Below are positions 16,447-22,282 of a stretch of DNA of 22,282 bases, piece after piece. The translations under genes and the position numbers were made by a program. Under the pieces are notes generated by a model. The model saw only the letters and a list, made by a program, of their open reading frames with translations, had not been told where the DNA came from and made no database searches. Where the stretch lies: NCBI GenBank assembly GCA_046538485.1, contig JBKHIT010000068.1:1-22282 (forward strand), read 5' to 3'. Position 1 is the stretch's first letter, and each line of letters starts with the position of its first letter. Source of the DNA: Candidatus Brocadiia bacterium. Its GTDB lineage: Bacteria > Planctomycetota > Brocadiia > SM23-32.

Positions 16447-18555
16447 TCAAACAGACGCTATACGAAAACGGGCGTCGAGGGCGACGGCGCCCTGTCCTTC
16501 TTCGAAGAGCACGAGCGGGTTAATATCGCATTCGGCGAGTTGCGGGTAGCTGACCGCAAGCTGCGAGACACGCAGGATGCAGTCGGTCAGCGCCTCGACA
16601 TCGCGGGGTGCCTCGCCCCGGAACCCACGGAGGATCCTGGCCGACTGGATTTCCTCGATCATCTCCCGGGCGTCGCGTCGGGTCAGGGGAGCCACGCGGA
16701 ATGCAACGTCTTTCAGCAGTTCAACGTAGACCCCACCCAGCCCGAACATCACGAGCGGCCCGAACTGCGGATCGCGGTTGACCCCGACGATGACTTCGGT
16801 TCCCCCTTTGACCATTTGCTGGACGAGCACACCTTCCACACTTGCATCCGGATCGTAATCGCGCGCGGCATTCATTATGGCGTCATACGCCGCTCGGGTT
16901 TCATCCGGAGTCTGAATCCCGAGTTTAACCCCTCCGGCGTCCGATTTGTGGATAATATCTTCCGAGGAGATTTTCATCACAACCGGTGGCCCAATTTCAT
17001 TAATAGCGTCGACCGCCTCTTCCCTGTCGTGTGCCAGAATGCTCCGCGGGGGTTTGATGCCGCAGGCCGCGACCACGCGCTGGGCAAAACGTTCGCCAAG
17101 TTCATTCATTCCCTGCTCTTCCGCTTCGTCCAGCACACCTGCGATTACCGAGTCGTCAAAATCGAAGCTGGCGGGTTCTTCTGGCTTCCGCTCTCGCCAC
17201 TGGTGGAAACATAGCATCGCATCGAGGGTTCTCACCGCTCGTTCGGGGTGGGGATAATTCGGAACTTTTCTCTCCTTCAGCACGTCCCGCCCTTTCACCG
17301 CCGCGAGGCTCCCCATGAAAGTCGCCAGAACCGGTTTATCCCACTCGGCGGACGCATCACCGATCGCTTCCGCTGTTTTTTCGACTTCGGTGGAGGTCTG
17401 AGGGGTAAGAATGACGAGAAGCGAGTCGGTATGTTCGTCCTCCAGGACCGCGTCCATGGCCATCCTGTAGCGGTCCGCACGTGCGTCACCGATCACATCG
17501 ACGGGGTTATGTACGTTCGCTCCGCCGGGCAAATTTTCCTTGAGCGTCGATTCCGTTTCGGGATTCAGTTCCGTCATCGTAAGGGTGGAGGTTTCGATAG
17601 CGTCGGTGGCAAGGATTCCGGGGCCGCCGGCATTCGTAACAATACTGACGTTCGGTCCGCGAGCTGCCGGCTGGCGCGAAAAAGCGAGAACATAGTCGAA
17701 GAACTGGGTGACGTCCCGGGCGCGGATAACTCCGGACTGTTGAAAGGCGGCTTCGTAGGCGGAATCGGATCCGGCGAGGCTTCCGGTATGGCTTGAGGCC
17801 GCTCTGGCGCCGGCCGAAGTCCGGCCTGATTTGAGAATCAGAACGGGTTTTTGGCGGGTGACTTTCCGCGCGATCTCCATGAACTTCTGGCCGTCTTCTA
17901 TACTTTCGACGTATCCGAGGATGACTTCGGTTGCATCGTCTTCGCCGAGGGCCTCGATAAGATCGCTTTCGTCGACATCGGCCTTATTCCCGTAGCTGAT
18001 GAATCGGGAGATTCCGAGGTTCTGGCCTTCGGTTCCGGCAAACCAATCGAGCACGGCCGTTCCGAGCGCGCCGGATTGGCTGAAGAAGGCGACGTTGCCC
18101 TCGGGAGGGGTGGTTCCGCTGAAAGAAGCATTCAGACCGCCTGGGGGGCTGATGACACCGAGACAGTTCGGTCCGATGCAGCGTATTCCGTGTTTCCGGC
18201 AGCGTTCAGCTACTTCGTCTTCGAGCCGGGCGCCCTCTTCTCCGGACTCTTTGAACCCGGCCGAGATGACGATGACGGCTTCGACTCCGACCTCTCCGCA
18301 CTGATCGATCACATCCGGCACGTATTTCGCGGGAATGACGACGATGGCCAGATCGATGGGCTCCCCGATGGCCGGCAGGTCCGGATAACACGGCAGATCG
18401 AGGACTTCATCGGCTTTCGGATTGATGGGGTAAAGTTGTCCTTGAAAACCGGATTCAATCAGGTTCTGCAGCACGTCGTGCCCCACCTTGCCGGCAGTGC
18501 GACTGGCACCCACCACTGCTACAGACGATGGGGAAAAGAACTTCTCAAGTTTCAT
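16447..18555 (-). CDS. Acetate--CoA ligase (ADP-forming), fused alpha and beta subunits, 702 aa
   Basis: FFSPSSVAVVGAS CoA-binding fold, GPNCLG, SQSGALG, SHTGSLAGSD (phospho-His), NAGGPG, NPVD and ATP-grasp HKSDAGGV...DINPL. ATG 18555 has AGGAG upstream; the ORF-track start 18729 is too far upstream. Confidence 0.93.
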   Translation of the reverse strand: MKLEKFFSPSSVAVVGASRTAGKVGHDVLQNLIESGFQGQLYPINPKADEVLDLPCYPDLPAIGEPIDLAIVVIPAKYVPDVIDQCGEVGVEAVIVISAGFKESGEEGARLEDEVAERCRKHGIRCIGPNCLGVISPPGGLNASFSGTTPPEGNVAFFSQSGALGTAVLDWFAGTEGQNLGISRFISYGNKADVDESDLIEALGEDDATEVILGYVESIEDGQKFMEIARKVTRQKPVLILKSGRTSAGARAASSHTGSLAGSDSAYEAAFQQSGVIRARDVTQFFDYVLAFSRQPAARGPNVSIVTNAGGPGILATDAIETSTLTMTELNPETESTLKENLPGGANVHNPVDVIGDARADRYRMAMDAVLEDEHTDSLLVILTPQTSTEVEKTAEAIGDASAEWDKPVLATFMGSLAAVKGRDVLKERKVPNYPHPERAVRTLDAMLCFHQWRERKPEEPASFDFDDSVIAGVLDEAEEQGMNELGERFAQRVVAACGIKPPRSILAHDREEAVDAINEIGPPVVMKISSEDIIHKSDAGGVKLGIQTPDETRAAYDAIMNAARDYDPDASVEGVLVQQMVKGGTEVIVGVNRDPQFGPLVMFGLGGVYVELLKDVAFRVAPLTRRDAREMIEEIQSARILRGFRGEAPRDVEALTDCILRVSQLAVSYPQLAECDINPLVLFEEGQGAVALDARFRIASV

Positions 18556-18661
18556 CGGAGAACTCCTGAATTTACACGGTTTTGCTTGCGCAAAAGGCTC
18601 AGAATGATCACGGTACCACCAATTCTGGGCGCGCGCAAATGGGCCGCTGGATACGTTCATC

Positions 18662-18690
18662 TTGATTGCCCGGTGTCCCGGTGTTAAACT
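18662..18690 (+). promoter_or_regulatory. Putative promoter for the thymidylate synthase gene
   Basis: TTGATT (18662-18667), 17-bp spacer, TAAACT (18685-18690) with an extended -10 TG. RBS AAAGGAGG precedes TTG 18745. Confidence 0.55.
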
Positions 18691-18744
18691 CCCACTGGAA
18701 CTCGTCCAAGGCGGACAGGAATCTGTCATTCAAAGGAGGGAAAA

Positions 18745-19632
18745 TTGGGTGAAAATAATAATCCGAACGGAATCCCAGTGTTGTTTGTAAAGGGAGAGAA
18801 CGTTCCCGATGCATGGGAAAAAGCACTTCTTGCGGTCTATGACAACGGGGCAAAAATAAAGACCGAATACGATCGCGAATCGGATCCGCCAAGTCTTGAC
18901 GCCACCGTAACGGTTATTGTTGAAAAGCCCCTTGCCGAACCGCGCATTCATAAAAATTTCCCGGGGGGACCGACGGAACTCGAAACTTACCGGCAGGAAG
19001 TTTTGCTCGGCATCCACGATCACTGGATCGATCCCAAAGCGGGGAAATGGACCTATACTTACCACCAGAGGCTTTTTGCTTACCTGGCTTGTGAAGACCT
19101 TACAGACCCCGAAAAAAGTTCGCCCTTCGATCCGGTCAACCAGATTGCGTGGATGGTGGAAAAACTTGCAGATATTCCGTATTCTCGCCGCGCGCAGGGA
19201 ACCACCTGGATTCCTCACGCGGATCCTGCGACGGATGATCCGCCTTGCCTGCAGCGTTTATGGGCTCGCCTTCTCCCTGCCGAAGATGATGGTTGGGTAT
19301 TGAGCTTTAATTCGCACTGGCGGTCCCGCGACCTCTATAAAGCATGGTTTATGAACGTCTTTGCGATTACAGATCTTCAGCGGCAAATCGCCGAAAGGCT
19401 TCAAGAAAAATTGGGCGAACCTGTAAGCTGCGGCCGATATGTTGATATCTCGGATTCGCTCCACATTTATGGCAGCTACCAGGACGAAGAACTGGAGACC
19501 GAAATCAAAAAGATGCGGTCCGGACCTTATACCGAGCGAGCATGGGAAACCTCACGGCTGGCCCCGATCTTTGAAGAAGTCCGCGAAAAACTTGCCGAAG
19601 ACCCTGATTATTACAGCAAGGGCAATATGTGA
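18745..19632 (+). CDS. thyA: Thymidylate synthase, archaeal-type ThyA-like
   Basis: YTYHQRL, SRRA, catalytic DPPCLQ, WRSRDLYKAWFMN (RSxD plus conserved Asn) and SLHIY. Confidence 0.8.
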   Translation: MGENNNPNGIPVLFVKGENVPDAWEKALLAVYDNGAKIKTEYDRESDPPSLDATVTVIVEKPLAEPRIHKNFPGGPTELETYRQEVLLGIHDHWIDPKAGKWTYTYHQRLFAYLACEDLTDPEKSSPFDPVNQIAWMVEKLADIPYSRRAQGTTWIPHADPATDDPPCLQRLWARLLPAEDDGWVLSFNSHWRSRDLYKAWFMNVFAITDLQRQIAERLQEKLGEPVSCGRYVDISDSLHIYGSYQDEELETEIKKMRSGPYTERAWETSRLAPIFEEVREKLAEDPDYYSKGNM

Positions 19633-19669
19633 ACCGACTCAATACGTGGACATAAGCCGCCGTTGCGTA

Positions 19670-21175
19670 TCACTCGAATTCCTCCCGATCTTCTACGTCC
19701 GTCTCGTTAATCCAGCCGGCCACCGAAAGCTCACCTTCGAAGTACCGCTCATAGTAGTTCTTCAGGTTTCCTGACGCCGTCGGGTACTCATCAAAGATCT
19801 GCCCGTTGCCAAAAATACGCGGATCATCTTGCGCCCGGAGTTCTTGCGCCAGCTGGTTGCTCAAATCTTCTTTGAGTTCCTGATGCTGCTCGGACTCGGC
19901 GAGATTGTTCAGGCAAGCCGGATCGTCGGAGATACAATACAGTTCCTCCTCCGGCCGTTTGCCAAAAGACCATTCCCAGTATTTGCGCGTTTCGGGGTTT
20001 TTGCGGGCCTTCAGAATCTCCGTCTTGGTTGGGCTTCCGTCGCAGTTCATATAGCCGGTTTCCGGATTCCCTCCGGGCCAGCGATCGGGTTCGAAATTCC
20101 GCAGGTAGAGATAATCGTCCTTGAAAATTCCCCGAATGGGATATCCGACGTCGCCGGGACGGCCCAGATCGTGACGTTCTTTGCCGATCAGAACGTGATC
20201 GCGGTCGGGATTGACCACGGGCTCTACTTCGGAGCCAATGATGTCCATAAGGCTGCGCCCGGCAATCGGTTCCATCCCCGAATCTTCATTCGAAAGACCG
20301 GCGACATCCAGGAATGTGGGGGCGAAATCGATGAAACTCACAAAATCGTCAATTTTGCGTCCCGGCTTCTCGAGCCCGTTCCGCCACATGACGGCGAGGG
20401 GCAGATGATTGGAGTAGAAATACTCCTGACCTTTCGCCCGCGGGAACGGCATGCCGTTATCGGAGGTGACGATCACGAGGGTGTTGTCAAGTTCCCCGCG
20501 CTCTTCCAGCATCTCCAGCATGCGCGTGAGGTGTCGGTCAAAATGGTCGATTTCAAACGCGTAATCGAGCAGATCGTTCCGGACGACTTCATTATCCGGC
20601 CAGATTTCATAGACTTCGTCGATATCGGCGGGATCTTTGCCGCCTTTTTCGACCCCGGATCCGTATTCGTAGCCCCGGTGCGGTTCGAATCCTCCGTACC
20701 AGAAACAGAACGGTTGGTCGTCCGATCGGTCGTTGAGAAAATCCTCGAAATTGCCGGCGTAGTCGCAGTTATGGATGTGGGGCGTGGGAGGGTCGATGGT
20801 TCTGTCGGAGTAGCGAGGACCCGTGAGTTCTCGCCGCTTACCATCGATAGTGCCGGGATCGCCCGGTGCCCAGCCCTTCCCGGTAAAACCGGTGAAATAA
20901 CCGTTTTCGCCCAGCGTTTCGAACGAACTTTTGAATTTCTTCAGGAAGAACGTCTGGTGGTTCGCTCCTTCCTCGAGCTGCCAGGAATTGCGACCTGTCA
21001 GACAGCAGGCCCGCGACGGGGCGCATTTGGCGTTCGGGGTAAACGCCCGGCTAAAAAGGACACCCTCGCGTGCCACCCGATCAAAACCGGGCGTGTGAAC
21101 CCAGTCGTATCCGTAGGCTCCCATGTGCATTCCCGCATCGTCGGCAATACAGAAAAGAATGTTCGGGCGCGTCAT
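19670..21175 (-). CDS. Cys-type sulfatase, N-sulfoglucosamine-sulfohydrolase-like, 501 aa
   Basis: [22 protein letters not shown] (CxPxR), [21 protein letters not shown] and EELY. ATG 21175 has AGGAG upstream. No signal peptide. Confidence 0.92.
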   Translation of the reverse strand: MTRPNILFCIADDAGMHMGAYGYDWVHTPGFDRVAREGVLFSRAFTPNAKCAPSRACCLTGRNSWQLEEGANHQTFFLKKFKSSFETLGENGYFTGFTGKGWAPGDPGTIDGKRRELTGPRYSDRTIDPPTPHIHNCDYAGNFEDFLNDRSDDQPFCFWYGGFEPHRGYEYGSGVEKGGKDPADIDEVYEIWPDNEVVRNDLLDYAFEIDHFDRHLTRMLEMLEERGELDNTLVIVTSDNGMPFPRAKGQEYFYSNHLPLAVMWRNGLEKPGRKIDDFVSFIDFAPTFLDVAGLSNEDSGMEPIAGRSLMDIIGSEVEPVVNPDRDHVLIGKERHDLGRPGDVGYPIRGIFKDDYLYLRNFEPDRWPGGNPETGYMNCDGSPTKTEILKARKNPETRKYWEWSFGKRPEEELYCISDDPACLNNLAESEQHQELKEDLSNQLAQELRAQDDPRIFGNGQIFDEYPTASGNLKNYYERYFEGELSVAGWINETDVEDREEFE

Positions 21176-21447
21176 GCTGAATCTCCTGTTATGGACAAAT
21201 AAGACGGTTTGTCTGAGTATCTTTATGGTTTTGCGCCTGGAAAACAACCGGCGGACGCGGCACGAGGAATTTGCGCTGTGGATCGTTTCGTGGGTTGGGG
21301 AGCGTGGATTTGATTTGGATTGCCACCGATTCGCGAACGGGCAGGGTGCAAGTTCCTCTGGTTTCCCTGGGGAGCCTCTTTAAAGCTCGTTATGTTACAT
21401 ACCTGATGTTCAGCCGCAAAGATTTTGTAAGCGTACTCCCGTTTGTT

Positions 21448-21500
21448 GGCCGCGTTCTGAACTCCAGCCGCGCAGGGCGGTTCTGAAGTCCAGTCCGCTC
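21448..21500 (-). repeat. Third, inverted copy of the 15117-15262 repeat
   Basis: Reverse complement reads GAGCGGACTGGACTTCAGAACCGCCCTGCGCGGCTGGAGTTCAGAACGCGGCC. Confidence 0.85.
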
Positions 21501-21570
21501 CTCATACGGTATTTTGGGAACGAATTTATGGTGGACCTTCAGCCCACTGTGTTTTCCTGCGCACCTATAA

Positions 21571-21636
21571 CCCAGGGCGCCGAGGACTTTCAGTCCTCTG
21601 TGCCCTGGGCTGTTATATGCAGCCCTTGCAGGGCTG
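21571..21636 (-). repeat. REP-like double-hairpin element
   Basis: CCCAGGGC...GCCCTGGG enclosing GAGGACT-TTC-AGTCCTC, followed by CAGCCCT-TGC-AGGGCTG. Confidence 0.7.
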
Positions 21637-21811
21637 GGCGACGGCAGGGCCCCGAGGACACTTTCAGGCCTCTTTATTCGCCGTACGGCGGGCCCATTAT
21701 CTGCCGGGCCGTTGGCTCTGACAAGTGCTTTCCAGGCAGTTTTGGCATTGCAATGCGGCGTGTGGCGAGAACCTGTGTAGTCTTCTGCCATGGCGTGAGC
21801 TACAAACGCAT

Positions 21812-21835
21812 GTAGCACAGGCTCTCCAGCCTGTG
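21812..21835 (+). repeat. GTAG-type REP
   Basis: GTAG followed by the palindrome CACAGGCT-CTCC-AGCCTGTG, the canonical REP architecture. Confidence 0.7.
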
Positions 21836-21963
21836 GGCCGGGCCGCCAGGCCCGGATAGATGGCTTCATGTTTCCGTTGTTCACGGATGCGTCAGGCCGG
21901 GGCATATTCCGGGAAATTTCAAAGACCAACAAATGCTGCGATTTCGGAAGATGCTTGAGAGCT

Positions 21964-22240
21964 GCAGGTCCGGATCGCCGAGGCGGACCTGCCGTTTATC
22001 CTTCGCCGGAAGGAGCCCGCGAAGCGGGCGACTCAGACGTAGCCCGGTGTGAAGAGAGGCCGCTCTGCGGCCGACCGAACACCGGGGCCGAAGTTCAGAT
22101 AGAGTGCCCGCGTGGATCGCCTCGCCGGAGGCGAGCGCAGCATGTTGCTGCGACGAACTTCGTTCGTGCGATCCACTCTTCCCAGAAACTCGCTTCTTAT
22201 ACCCCGGGTTCTCCCGCGGGGCGGGATCACCCGGGGCTCC
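21964..22240. repeat. Composite palindromic element (REPIN/BIME-like, or a structured RNA)
   Basis: At least ten perfect stems in 277 bp, including two inverted REP-like units (22039-22087 and 22202-22240) around a four-way junction (22112-22176). Confidence 0.7.
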
Positions 22241-22282
22241 TATGAGGCCTTTTGTCAAGGCTTAAAGGTCGTTCCATCCTGT

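Noticed and set aside
19829..21202. 457-aa antisense ORF (and similar ones opposite the acetate-CoA ligase)
   Set aside because: Long antisense frames are expected from the codon bias of GC-rich genes; no motifs or RBS.
22112..22176. Cloverleaf as a tRNA
   Set aside because: Loops are 3 nt; there is no 7-nt anticodon loop, T-loop, D-loop or CCA end.
21390..22258. ORFs 21390-21932, 21868-22245 and 21881-22258
   Set aside because: They cross palindromic repeats, with no family resemblance or convincing RBS.

Overview
Bacterial genomic window, GC-rich overall with lower-GC patches; the taxon cannot be assigned from sequence alone. It has four parts. (1) 343-9503 is a surface-glycan locus. A minus-strand operon (GT2 polyprenol-phosphate glycosyltransferase, flippase-like domain fused to GT9, GT-C-like membrane protein, SAM methyltransferase, GT4) converges on a plus-strand sulfotransferase. 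The methyltransferase is split by a complete 1410-bp IS256-family element (29-bp perfect IRs, 9-bp target duplication) that is in frame with the host gene at both junctions. (2) 9575-12600 holds decayed fragments (transposase, AAA ATPase, antitoxin, second IS256, heptamer repeats) around an intact M20 peptidase gene. (3) 12845-21175 holds metabolic genes: two tandem alpha/beta hydrolases, a GH20-like protein, ADP-forming acetate-CoA ligase, an archaeal-type thymidylate synthase and a sulfatase. (4) Two REP-like palindrome-rich intergenic regions (15060-15340 and 21440-22240). The second contains a perfect four-way junction flanked by two inverted REP-like units. Protein family calls rest on motif recognition only; no database search was run.
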